Of a stretch of DNA of 64,000 nt, positions 45,117 to 53,813 are shown piece after piece (positions within the stretch are counted from its first letter, which is position 1; each line of letters starts with the position of its first letter). The notes below the pieces were generated by a model. The model was not told the origin of the DNA. It saw only the letters and a list, made by a program, of their open reading frames with translations, and did not search any database. This DNA is from Acidimicrobiaceae bacterium (GTDB taxonomy: Bacteria; Actinomycetota; Acidimicrobiia; Acidimicrobiales; RAAP-2): NCBI GenBank assembly GCA_003169675.1, contig PNAT01000179.1, positions 3,759 through 67,758 on the forward strand, given 5' to 3'. A program made the translations under genes and the position numbers.

Positions 45117-46411
45117 CGGCCGTACACCTGGAGGGGGGTCTCGTAGCCGAAGTCGGACAACCGGTCGCGCAGTCCCGGGGGCATGGAGAGGTGGTGCACG
45201 GCCGGACCACCCCCCTCGGGTTCGGCGAAGATCTCGGTCGAGATGACATGGGGGCCGTCGGAGTCCTCGACCACGCGCACCGAGGACACGTAGCGCCGCG
45301 CCAGACCCGAGGCGTCGGGCCGTTTGCGGACGAAGATCACCAGGTCCAGTGCCTGGGCGGTGAGCTGGGCTGCCGCGTTGTCGCTCAGGTGCTTGGGGGA
45401 CTGGGAAGCGTAGGTCTTGATCTTCCCGAACGTGCCTTCGGTCGAATCGGCGTGGATGGTGCACATGGAGCCGGCCTTGCCCGCCGTCATGGCGTTGAGC
45501 ATCGGGACGACCTCATCGCCCAGGACCTCGCCCACGATCACCCGGTCGGCGTCATGGCGGTTGGCCCGTTGCACCAGGTAGTCCATTAAGACCGCTCCTT
45601 GGCCTTCGGTGTTCGCCTCCCGGGTCTCCCAGGCCACGCAGTCGGGATGGCGATGGGGCAGCTCGTGGAGACCGAGCTCGTAAGACAGCTCAATGGTGAC
45701 GATCCGATCCGCAGGGTCCGCTTCGGCGGCCAGGGCACGCAACAAGGTGGTCTTGCCGGCATCGGTGCCGCCCGAGACGATCATGTTCAGCCGGGTCCGC
45801 ACGGCGGCGCGCAAGAAGCAGGCCAACTCGTCGGTCAGAGAATCGGCCAGGTCGTCGAGGGTGGGGTCGACGAGGCGGTGCCGTCGGATCGAGACGCACG
45901 GGCGGTTCGACACCTCGATCATGGCTGAGAGCCGGTGACCACCTGAGAGGTGGAGGTCGACGATGGGCTTGGCGCTGTCGATACGGCGCTCGCCGCCGGT
46001 GTGGTGCGCCCGGGCGGCCCGCTGGACCAGCTCGATCAGGTCCTCGTCGGTGTCCGCGATCGCCTCGACCCGCTCTTTGGTGCCGTCGGCGCGCTTGACC
46101 CACACGTGGTCGCAGCCGTTGATGTTGATGTTCTCGATGTCGTCCTCGTCCAGGAGAAGTTGGAGGCGGCCGAGTCCGAGCTGCGTGGCGACCAATCGGC
46201 GGACGATCTGCTCCTCCTCCTCGGCACTCGGCGTGGTCACACCCCCGTGGACCATGGAGCGGGCGGCTTCGTCGATGGCCTCGCGGGCGAGCTTCTCGAC
46301 AAAGGAGCGGCGCTCGCCTTCGCTCATGCCGGCAGTGCCGTAGTGGACGATCCCGTCAGCGACGTGCTCCGTCGCGTAACGCTCCAGCTCCCGGCGTTCG
46401 GCGTCGTTCAC
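45113..46411 (-). CDS. cpaF: CpaF/TadA secretion ATPase
   Basis: Walker A VSGGTDAGKTTLLRAL. RIVTIE, VIVGEVLGDE and MTAGKAGSMCTIHA are typical of CpaF/VirB11-type ATPases. GTGA overlap start at 46411. Confidence 0.9.
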   Translation of the reverse strand: MNDAERRELERYATEHVADGIVHYGTAGMSEGERRSFVEKLAREAIDEAARSMVHGGVTTPSAEEEEQIVRRLVATQLGLGRLQLLLDEDDIENININGCDHVWVKRADGTKERVEAIADTDEDLIELVQRAARAHHTGGERRIDSAKPIVDLHLSGGHRLSAMIEVSNRPCVSIRRHRLVDPTLDDLADSLTDELACFLRAAVRTRLNMIVSGGTDAGKTTLLRALAAEADPADRIVTIELSYELGLHELPHRHPDCVAWETREANTEGQGAVLMDYLVQRANRHDADRVIVGEVLGDEVVPMLNAMTAGKAGSMCTIHADSTEGTFGKIKTYASQSPKHLSDNAAAQLTAQALDLVIFVRKRPDASGLARRYVSSVRVVEDSDGPHVISTEIFAEPEGGGPAVHHLSMPPGLRDRLSDFGYETPLQVYGR

Positions 46412-47274
46412 CTTCGTGCCTCCCACTTCGATCCGGCTCCTACGGGCTCCGCCTCGTCTCGGGCCGGGTCCCACGACTGCGTCGGGGCTTCGACATTCGC
46501 TTGGAACAGCTCGACTTCCGGCTCCTCGGGGACCACAGTGGCGGTGGGGTCGACCGGAGCCATTTCCTCGATGCCCAGTGCCCCGACGAGTGCGCTGGCC
46601 CACCGCAGGAGCCGAGTGCGTTCGAGCCTCTTGACGCTGCGCTTGTTGGCCAGCGCGTCAGCAGCCTTGCGATCGTCGGGAATGGGCGGGCCGACGGCGA
46701 CCCCGAGGGTCTTGCCGATCTCCGCGCTCGAGTAGCCGACCGTTCCGGTGGGGATGACGAGGAGCTGGCGGCTACGCATCTCGGCCACCAGGCCGGGGAG
46801 GGCGGCTCGGAGGTGGACGATCGCTTCGAGCGTCGGTTCGCACAGGACGACCAGGGCGTCGGTGTGGTCGAGAACGTCGCGGATGCCACCTGCGAAGCCG
46901 GGAAGGAGCCGGCCGGCGTCGACGACCACGTCGGCGTCGAGGGCGCCGAGCGCCTCCGCGATGGTGGGCCAGGCCTTCTCGTTGGCCACGGCCCCCTGCA
47001 CGTTGGAGAGGCCGAACAGGACGGGAAGGCCACCAGGGAGTTGATCGACGTGGTCCCAGACGGCGTCAGGGTTCAGCGTGCGTCGGGCCGCGGCAAACAG
47101 GGAGACGAGACCGTTGGTGATGGTCGAGCCGTAACGGGGGGCCAGGTCGCCACCGAACGGGTCGGCTTCGACCAGGAGGACCCTGCGTCCCCTGGGCCAA
47201 CTCGCCGCGAGCGCGAGGGCCGCGGTCGTGACGCCCGGCGAACCCTTGATGGAGGCGAGAGCGATGACGGTCAC
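46408..47274 (-). CDS. ParA/MinD-like ATPase (TadZ/CpaE-like)
   Basis: VIALASIKGSPGVTTAALALA...VLLVEADPFGGDL is a deviant Walker A fold. Positioned between cpaB and cpaF. Confidence 0.7.
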   Translation of the reverse strand: MTVIALASIKGSPGVTTAALALAASWPRGRRVLLVEADPFGGDLAPRYGSTITNGLVSLFAAARRTLNPDAVWDHVDQLPGGLPVLFGLSNVQGAVANEKAWPTIAEALGALDADVVVDAGRLLPGFAGGIRDVLDHTDALVVLCEPTLEAIVHLRAALPGLVAEMRSRQLLVIPTGTVGYSSAEIGKTLGVAVGPPIPDDRKAADALANKRSVKRLERTRLLRWASALVGALGIEEMAPVDPTATVVPEEPEVELFQANVEAPTQSWDPARDEAEPVGAGSKWEARR

Positions 47275-47975
47275 TTTTGTCCTTCGCTCACGAGCGACAG
47301 ACCGATCTGGTCTGCCGCGGCATAAGAGGTCACGGTGGCTGCGTCGGCACTGGGGACTTCGAGCGAGACGGATGCCTCGTACTGGGTCTGGTTCGCCGGT
47401 GCGGGTCTCACCGCGAACACGGTGGCCGAGGCCACCAGGGTCGAGCCGATCGTTCCCCCGACCGTGGAGCCCTGGCCGGGCTGGGGAACCGCTATGACCT
47501 GGACCGTGTCACCGGCCACCAGCGGCACGGAAGGCATCTGGTCGCCCTTCATCAGCATGCCGACCACCTGTTCACCAGTGGCGAGCTGGGGCGTGGTCGA
47601 GAGCATCTGGCGGACCATCACCTGGCCGGCGTAGACCGGGGTGTCGAGCTGCTGGCCGACCAGGGCGCCCGACCCGGTGGCCGACATGGCCGTGATGTCC
47701 CCTGAGGCGGGGATGGTGGCAGTCGCCAGGTCACCGGGAACAAGGACGGTGCTGGCCGCCAGGTTCTTCGCCGCCACGACGATCGCCACCCGTTTCGCCG
47801 AGGACTGGAACACCGCTCCGGCCACCGCCGCACAGACGAGCACCAGCGCGATTCCGAGGCCGATCTGCCACGGTCGGCGTTGGTAGGTGCCGGTGGACAG
47901 GCGGAGTCCGCTCCGGTTCTCGACGACCGGCGGGGACGTGAAGACGGGCCGGGTGGGGGCGGTGGTTGTGGCCAT
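47271..47975 (-). CDS. cpaB: Flp pilus assembly protein CpaB/RcpC-like
   Basis: N-terminal TM segment WQIGLGIALVLVCAAVAGAVF, then a SAF-like segment. Position fits CpaB. Confidence 0.7.
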   Translation of the reverse strand: MATTTAPTRPVFTSPPVVENRSGLRLSTGTYQRRPWQIGLGIALVLVCAAVAGAVFQSSAKRVAIVVAAKNLAASTVLVPGDLATATIPASGDITAMSATGSGALVGQQLDTPVYAGQVMVRQMLSTTPQLATGEQVVGMLMKGDQMPSVPLVAGDTVQVIAVPQPGQGSTVGGTIGSTLVASATVFAVRPAPANQTQYEASVSLEVPSADAATVTSYAAADQIGLSLVSEGQK

Positions 47976-47990
47976 CGGATCTCCAGTTCT

Positions 47991-48917
47991 TTAGTTGTTC
48001 ACGGATTGGATCTGGGCGACTTTCAGCGAGGTCGTCCCCCGGGTGGTGAGGCTGGGTAGAGAGCCGGCCGACCCGGCCGGGCCAGACCAGGCGACCGTCC
48101 ACGTCACCGTGGCGATGATCGGAAAGGCCGCGTCGTTGGGGTTGCCGTCGGGAGTGGGCTGCCCTGCCGACGTCTTGGTGTAGGTGTGCGAGCAGTAGGT
48201 CGACTGCGCGTCAGCCGGAATCGCCGTGTTGTAGGCGGTGCCGGGACCGTTGCAGGTGACGGTCGTCCCGTCACCGGTGTTCCACGTCACGTACGCCGGG
48301 GAGGCGGTGGCCGATGCGGTCGTGCACCCGCCCGAGGTACAGGCCTGGGCGGTGGTGGTGAAGGGGTGCCAGATCGACGGATCGATCCACAGCCATTCGG
48401 CGAGGTTCACGTACCCGCTTTTCGACGGGCTCAGGACCAGCGATGGGCTGGAGAGTCGAAGTTCACTGGCCGCCTGCACGCCCACGACTGCCGGATCGGG
48501 CGGCGGAGTGCCAGGCACCTGGCCGGTGGCGAACCACTCGATCCCCGTCGCCATCCCTTGGGCACTCCCCTGGGCGCAGAGGTTCACGTACCAGGCTCCG
48601 GGCTGGGTTGCCCCGGCCGGGGGCCCACCCCCGTCTCCCCCCGGAAAGGCAACCGAAAAGGACACGAAATCGGGGCACTGAGGCTGCGTGATCCCACCAC
48701 CGCCGCTGGTCGAACCCCCGCCTCCAGCGTCCCCGCCGCCAGAGCCCGGCTGGCCGCCGGCACCGGCGCCGCATGTCACGGTTTGGCCCGAGTCGGTGCA
48801 GCCACCGGATCCGCCGCCAGTGCCTGTACCTGCGAAGGCAAACCCAGGTGTGGCTCCAATGGCCACTGACGTAAACGCCACTCCGCTCGCGATCTGGAAC
48901 AGAACCCTCCTCAGCAT
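47991..48917 (-). CDS. Secreted Gly-rich protein of the Tad locus
   Basis: Signal peptide MLRRVLFQIASGVAFTSVAIGATPGFAFA, then G-rich linkers and a T/S-rich domain. Confidence 0.55.
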   Translation of the reverse strand: MLRRVLFQIASGVAFTSVAIGATPGFAFAGTGTGGGSGGCTDSGQTVTCGAGAGGQPGSGGGDAGGGGSTSGGGGITQPQCPDFVSFSVAFPGGDGGGPPAGATQPGAWYVNLCAQGSAQGMATGIEWFATGQVPGTPPPDPAVVGVQAASELRLSSPSLVLSPSKSGYVNLAEWLWIDPSIWHPFTTTAQACTSGGCTTASATASPAYVTWNTGDGTTVTCNGPGTAYNTAIPADAQSTYCSHTYTKTSAGQPTPDGNPNDAAFPIIATVTWTVAWSGPAGSAGSLPSLTTRGTTSLKVAQIQSVNN

Positions 48918-49510
48918 TTCGGAACCGACGATGTCTTGAAGGTGCCGATCTTCCACGAACCATTTGCGAGCTGAAGATCCCAGGTGCCGCTGTAGGCACC
49001 AGCCCCTCCGCCATCGAGAGTGACCGGGCCGGGCTTACCGGAAGCGGTAGTTGTGCCCGTGTCATAAACGCAGCCCGTGACCGTCGCAGAAGAGGCACCC
49101 AGGACGGTGACCGTCGGATGGCCGAGGTTGTAGGTCGTCGGTCCAGTCAGCTGACCCATCTTCACCCCGACGAGGAACTCGTCCTCCGATTGGAGTGCCG
49201 GGTTGGTGAAGTAGTCGGCGAGCTTCGGCCAGAGGTTGGCACTGGTCTCACCGCCGACGAGGTCAGCTCGATCCTGCTGCCAAGACCCTTGCAGGTAGCC
49301 GTAGAGGGTTTGCTCGGCGGACTCCCAGGCGTTCAGGACGGCTGTTCGTGTTGCACTTGCTGGGCTCGATGTGGAGGTTGTGCCCGCCGATCCTGTGGTC
49401 CTGGTTACCGAGGTCGATGTGCTCGCGTTGGTAGCGGGGCCGGACGAGCACCCGGCCATGACGACGGCTATAGCCCCGGCAGCCAAGGCGACTGTTGATC
49501 TCTGCAACAT
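48911..49510 (-). CDS. Lipoprotein (first gene of the Tad operon)
   Basis: Trimmed to the ATG at 49510. The lipobox is in MLQRSTVALAAGAIAVVMAGCSS. Confidence 0.6.
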   Translation of the reverse strand: MLQRSTVALAAGAIAVVMAGCSSGPATNASTSTSVTRTTGSAGTTSTSSPASATRTAVLNAWESAEQTLYGYLQGSWQQDRADLVGGETSANLWPKLADYFTNPALQSEDEFLVGVKMGQLTGPTTYNLGHPTVTVLGASSATVTGCVYDTGTTTASGKPGPVTLDGGGAGAYSGTWDLQLANGSWKIGTFKTSSVPKC

Positions 49511-49637
49511 CGTCTTGGCCGGTGTCACCGTTGATGTCACCCTTCCTCTCCTCTCGTCGGCCGGCTCAGCCGATGGGTGCCCGATTGCGCGCTGGTCTGC
49601 CAAAGAAAGGTCGACCCAGAAGGGGATGATGCGCGAC

Positions 49638-49661
49638 GAATGTCACCCTGAACGTCACCCT
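49638..49661. repeat. Tandem iterons GAATGTCACCCT and GAACGTCACCCT upstream of the Tad operon
   Basis: Read directly. Same family as 13181-13204, in the same orientation relative to the downstream minus-strand gene. Confidence 0.9.
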
Positions 49662-49780
49662 CCGATGCCAGAGGGAGGATTCCTTGAAGATTTCTGCGGC
49701 CCGATGCGCCGTTGGGAACCACATCAGCACGCCGACGGCAGACCCGGTCCCGCACCGTTCTCGTGGAGAATCCGGGTTGG

Positions 49781-49808
49781 AGGGTGACGTCGCGCTGAAC
49801 GTCACCCT
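49781..49808. repeat. Inverted iteron pair AGGGTGACGT-CGCGCTGA-ACGTCACCCT
   Basis: Read directly; 10-bp arms. Confidence 0.85.
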
Positions 49809-49893
49809 CCCAGTTCAGTGGCACATTGTGATGACCCGGCGGTCGATTGTTCGCAACGAACGTGACCCGGTGCGAGGTTCTACAACTCGGCTC

Positions 49894-49905
49894 AGGGTGA
49901 CGTTC
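49894..49905. repeat. Single iteron AGGGTGACGTTC
   Basis: Read directly. Confidence 0.8.
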
Positions 49906-49961
49906 CTGGGAAGAATTCCACCTGCGGAACCGATACAAGGTGGTCGATTGCGGTAACGGCA

Positions 49962-50183
49962 CTACCCGGAGTCGTCGACGGCGCGCCGAAGAGCCTGTGC
50001 GATGAACTGGGTGATGCTCAACGCCCGGGCCTTGGCTGCCTCCCGAACGTCCTCGCGCAGAGTCCGTTCGAGCCAGAAGGTCACTCGAATGTGACGCTGG
50101 TCCCAGGATTCTTCCTCGGCGTCCGGACCGCGCCCACCCTCGGATCCACGACCGCTGGGCGGATGCCCTGTCGTGTTGGCCAT
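49962..50183 (-). CDS. Ribbon-helix-helix regulator flanked on both sides by the iteron clusters
   Basis: RHIRVTFWLERTLREDVREAAKARALSITQFIAQALRRAV fits a beta-alpha-alpha RHH layout. Confidence 0.65.
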   Translation of the reverse strand: MANTTGHPPSGRGSEGGRGPDAEEESWDQRHIRVTFWLERTLREDVREAAKARALSITQFIAQALRRAVDDSG

Positions 50184-50342
50184 AACCCCTCCCCGTTGTG
50201 TGACGTGCTGGTAGGTAGCTGGCTCCCCGCCTCGTCAGCCTCATGGTCGGCACCATAGCGCAATTGCATACGGTGTGCTGCTTACCGTGTGCAGTATTTC
50301 CAAACTGGCCCCTTGAGCTGCTGGTTCGACGTTCCCGGATCG

Positions 50343-50430
50343 AGGGTGACGATCCGGCGGCGAGGGTGACATCGACGTCCCGGAAAAGATTCAGGGGTGA
50401 CGTGCCGGGGTGACGTTCAGGGTGATGTCC
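50343..50430. repeat. Cluster of five same-orientation iterons (AGGGTGACGATC, AGGGTGACATCG, AGGGGTGACGTG, GGGGTGACGTTC, AGGGTGATGTCC)
   Basis: Read directly. It lies in the divergent region between the RHH gene and the small-ORF/xis operon, and the last unit ends 59 nt before the ATG at 50490. Confidence 0.85.
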
Positions 50431-50489
50431 ATCTGGACCATGGGAAGGGACCAGGACGCGTTGTCCTGGCGCCGAAGCAGGGAGGTCCG

Positions 50490-50645
50490 ATGCTCACGAA
50501 GCACAAGAGCGTTATGTCGTGGCTGTCACCTATCGACGAGGAGGTGACGGAGTTGTTCAGTAGGGCACCCTCAGCCGGTCGCCCGCGGGAGGCGGCTACC
50601 TACTTCTCTCCCGGCGATCCCGACTCGTCCGGGGGTGCAGCATGA
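50490..50645 (+). CDS. Small hypothetical protein translationally coupled to the excisionase-like gene
   Basis: A GGGAGG SD lies 5 nt before the ATG. ATGA overlap with the next gene. 51 aa, no motif recognised. Confidence 0.4.
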   Translation: MLTKHKSVMSWLSPIDEEVTELFSRAPSAGRPREAATYFSPGDPDSSGGAA

Positions 50646-50857
50646 CCATCGTCGCCAGCGCCGAACACGACCGGCTCGCCGCAGCAGATCTGATCTCGAT
50701 ACCCGATGCCGCCGGCCGGGTCGGCCTGCACGTCGACACGCTCTACCGGCTCTGCCGGACCGGCCAGTTCCCGCCGGCCATCCAGATCGGATCACGGTGG
50801 AGGGTGTCGGTACCGCGGCTGGAGCGCTACCTTCACGGTGACATCGCGGAGTTGTGA
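50642..50857 (+). CDS. xis: Excisionase-family helix-turn-helix DNA-binding protein
   Basis: LISIPDAAGRVGLHVDTLYRLCRTGQFPPAIQIGSRWRVSVPRLERYL is a typical MerR-like excisionase HTH. Confidence 0.75.
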   Translation: MTIVASAEHDRLAAADLISIPDAAGRVGLHVDTLYRLCRTGQFPPAIQIGSRWRVSVPRLERYLHGDIAEL

Positions 50858-51083
50858 CGTTCGTTTGCAGTGGCACGGATTCTGGCGATATCGGAAGGCA
50901 GCGGGCGACTGAGTCTCGTAGCTTCTGAGACACATCCCACCGCACTGTGGGACGTGCTCCAGGACTTGGGTCAATCGCGCGAACCCAGATCGCCCGTTTG
51001 ACCCGACGCGAACGTCGTTGACAGTTCCACCACGGCGTCCGACGATGCGTTAAGGGTGAGCAGTGGTGCTCTCAGCTCAGATC

Positions 51084-52277
51084 TCAGTCAATCGGAGGTG
51101 GAGAGGGAACGTCTTCTGGGTAGCTGAGAGCGAAATTCTTGATGCAGTCTGGCCCTTCGTGTTCACTTTCGATATTTGAGGGCTGGTAGCCCAGCTTGAA
51201 GAGGACTTCCTTGACCGGCTCGGTCTCAAGGTTGACGATGCAGAATCTTGCCGCTCCTAGGCCTTCGAGGTCGGGGGGCAAATTCTCCCGAAGAATGGAA
51301 GTGAAAACGAGGTCAGTTAGAGGTAGCGAATAGCCCATCAGAACTATCCGCCGAGGACGCTGTAGCGCTGAGGCCGCACGTTGCCATAGCTCTTTCGTAA
51401 CGGGGTTTCGGTAGTAGGCGGACTTTGTCGCCGTTGGAGGCACTATGAAGGGGACTCTCCCAGGCAATCGCCTCCGACGCTCATCTTCGTCCTGCTGCTC
51501 CCAGGAGCCGAATCCACCGGCGAGATTCCAAGTGTTGAGCGTTGCCCCCGTTAAATCGCCAGGACTCCAGTACCAGTTGAGGGAACCGTGAAGTTTCAGA
51601 AGCCTGAACGACTCAGTCAATGGACCGGCAAGGCGGCTCGGGTGTGGTGGAGGAGGAGGCAGGTCGCCGAGGATGTCATGGGGTCTCACCCTCTCTCCCT
51701 TCGGCGGGTGGTGGTCCATTAGCTCCGAACCGAGCACTGCGTATTCGATCAGATTGTCGTAGTTGAATGTAATGACCGTGTTTTTGCGGCGGTGAAACTC
51801 GGCCACCAACGTCGTGAGCCAAGGTGGGCACGGTCCTGAGCCCAGAGTCTCCTTCTGGCAACGGCTCAACGAGATGTGGATAACCGAACTGATGGTCTCG
51901 AACAGACCTCGGTTTGAGGCGTTCGTCGCATCGTCGTAGTCAGGCTGGTCCTCGGCCAGCCGCGAGAGCCACTGCTCGAAGTACCCACCCGCGAACCGCG
52001 ACTTCGGGAGCCAGTGTTCCCAGCCGCCTCCGACGAGCGCGAGCCTCAATGATTCTCCCAGGGGATCGGTCAAGGGCATCAGTTCGGAAACGGCGTGAGA
52101 GAACCCGGCTCCAAGTACGAACACGTCTGTGGCGACACGTACTTCAATAGTCGTGCTGCCTGGAGCGCCCGGAGGAGGCCGTCTCATCGAGGTTCGTCCA
52201 TTGTGAGGGCAACCTTCTTTGTTCAACTTGCAGAGGGCACGAACGAGATTTCGGAAATCCACCCCGCTCCGGAGCAT
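51084..52277 (-). CDS. SIR2-like (SIR2_2-type) NAD-binding/NADase-like protein
   Basis: VFVLGAGFS (Rossmann GAG), VITFNYDNLIEY (catalytic Asn box), LLKLHGSLNW (His box) and IVLMGYSLPLTDL. An alternative start is the ATG at 52187. Confidence 0.7.
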   Translation of the reverse strand: MLRSGVDFRNLVRALCKLNKEGCPHNGRTSMRRPPPGAPGSTTIEVRVATDVFVLGAGFSHAVSELMPLTDPLGESLRLALVGGGWEHWLPKSRFAGGYFEQWLSRLAEDQPDYDDATNASNRGLFETISSVIHISLSRCQKETLGSGPCPPWLTTLVAEFHRRKNTVITFNYDNLIEYAVLGSELMDHHPPKGERVRPHDILGDLPPPPPHPSRLAGPLTESFRLLKLHGSLNWYWSPGDLTGATLNTWNLAGGFGSWEQQDEDERRRRLPGRVPFIVPPTATKSAYYRNPVTKELWQRAASALQRPRRIVLMGYSLPLTDLVFTSILRENLPPDLEGLGAARFCIVNLETEPVKEVLFKLGYQPSNIESEHEGPDCIKNFALSYPEDVPSPPPID

Positions 52278-52292
52278 CGTAGAACGGTCGGG

Positions 52293-52502
52293 TCAGGTCC
52301 CAATCGTCCGAATGCCAATAATGGCGTAGGGCGGCAAGATTCCGAATTCGAGCGGCTTGGAAACCACGGCGAACTCAATCAGGAGACCGGCCGGCCCTTC
52401 GGCAACGGTGAATCCTTCTTCCGAGAAGCCGACGACCGATGGAGGTCCAGTGATTTCAAGGCTGACTCGGCGCTTCTCGAGCTTCGGCTTCTCGTCACTC
52501 AC
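52293..52502 (-). CDS. Small hypothetical protein (69 aa) between the PIN and SIR2 genes
   Basis: GTGA overlap with the PIN gene stop. It ends 15 nt before the SIR2 ATG. No motif recognised. Confidence 0.4.
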   Translation of the reverse strand: MSDEKPKLEKRRVSLEITGPPSVVGFSEEGFTVAEGPAGLLIEFAVVSKPLEFGILPPYAIIGIRTIGT

Positions 52503-52987
52503 GGTTTGGACTGCTCGGCCAATGCATCGTCGAAGCTCACGACATGGGGAAGATTCGGCCTGCCTATCGCCAGCGGTGGATTACCCATCTCCCCGCTTCG
52601 CTTGATCAGCTCCTTGTCGAACGTATCCATGCGATCAATACCCTCAATCAAGGCCGTGGCAACGTGGACAGAATCTTTTGGGGCGAACCCGTACTTCCAA
52701 ATCAGGAGTCTTGCTTGCTCTGCAATCCGCCGATCCAATTGACGCACGACAATCCACTCGTGCTTGAAGAAATCCACGACCATTTGCTGGCTGGATTCGG
52801 GGATCTCGCGACCAGGCCCAAGCTTGATTACTTCGACCAACGTTATCGAGGAAGTCACCAGCTTGACCCGACCGCCTTCGGCTCCCTTGATGACAGTCCG
52901 GCACTCCTCGAATTTGTCCGGTTCCTTCTTGAGCCACCCAAGGAACACATCCGAATCCACGTAGCGGTTCGGAGGGGTATTCGCCAC
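52499..52987 (-). CDS. PIN-domain nuclease-like protein
   Basis: YVDSDVFLGWL (first Asp), SSITLVEV (Glu), PKDSVHVATAL (Asp) and a C-terminal DTFD. The GTG start abuts the upstream stop. Confidence 0.65.
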   Translation of the reverse strand: MANTPPNRYVDSDVFLGWLKKEPDKFEECRTVIKGAEGGRVKLVTSSITLVEVIKLGPGREIPESSQQMVVDFFKHEWIVVRQLDRRIAEQARLLIWKYGFAPKDSVHVATALIEGIDRMDTFDKELIKRSGEMGNPPLAIGRPNLPHVVSFDDALAEQSKP

Positions 52988-53743
52988 CTATCCCTCCAAG
53001 ATCCCAAGCACGTCGTCCGCACTCGGCAGATCGGCTTCTTCGGGGAAGGCGTCGATACTGCGAGCAAGAACATTAACAATCGAACCGTCGTCGCGATATC
53101 GGATCTCACCGTGAACGACGACGCGCTTTTTGGCAAGTCTGCCAACTTCCCCAGGGGGGATTCGATTGCCGAACTCGCATCGGATCTGTCCCCCGGTGAT
53201 TGGATCGTAGATGTTGAAGATCCGATTGGTTCCGTGTACGTTCAGACGCTCTAGAAACCCCTCCACGGAACCAATCGCCGAAAAGGTGCTGCCGAGTACC
53301 TCATTGACGTTCGCCACGACATGTTCGTCCAGCCGCGTCAGGTCCACGGAAAGCACGCCTTCAAGCTTTCGAACGCGCGCCACTATGTCACGTGCCCTTT
53401 CCAGCGCAGTGTCCGTAAAGTATGGGGGGCGCACGGCCTGGTTCTGTATGAGCTTGAGGCCACTAGAAGCCACGCCCGACAGATCCTCAAGATTGGGAAC
53501 AGAGATGCTTTCGGATCGGGAGATTGGCCGGGACATTAGCTGGAGTGGGCTCGACATTGAAATGCTCTCCACCCGCCACTGGACGCGCGCCTCAGGGAGA
53601 AAGTCCTGCTGTATCTCCTTCAAGAGGGCAGCAATATCTCTGGCAAGCTCCCCCAGCCTGTTGAGCGTTATTTCGGGGATATCCAGAGTGAAGTGAACAT
53701 CGTTGCCGACAACTTCCTCCGTCAGCTCCAAATCCTCACTCAT
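52988..53743 (-). CDS. Hypothetical protein (251 aa), partner gene upstream of PIN
   Basis: Starts at the ATG at 53743 (MSEDLELTEE...); an alternative TTG is at 53830. No motif recognised. The C-terminal part looks beta-rich. Confidence 0.5.
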   Translation of the reverse strand: MSEDLELTEEVVGNDVHFTLDIPEITLNRLGELARDIAALLKEIQQDFLPEARVQWRVESISMSSPLQLMSRPISRSESISVPNLEDLSGVASSGLKLIQNQAVRPPYFTDTALERARDIVARVRKLEGVLSVDLTRLDEHVVANVNEVLGSTFSAIGSVEGFLERLNVHGTNRIFNIYDPITGGQIRCEFGNRIPPGEVGRLAKKRVVVHGEIRYRDDGSIVNVLARSIDAFPEEADLPSADDVLGILEG

Positions 53744-53813
53744 GCTGGTTACACCCCCTGTCGTGAGTCCGAGTACATCAAGCGCCTTTCGGCAAATTGT
53801 CCCACAAGGGTGT

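Noticed and set aside
49537-50645. Peptide repeats such as RVTF, GDVQGDV and EGDVQRDV in ORFs 49537-50256, 49566-49805 and 50397-50645 (also 12764-13564)
   Set aside because: These are just translations of the DNA iteron AGGGTGACGTTC in different frames. The ORFs lack other coding character, so the signal is treated as a DNA repeat and not as a repeat protein.
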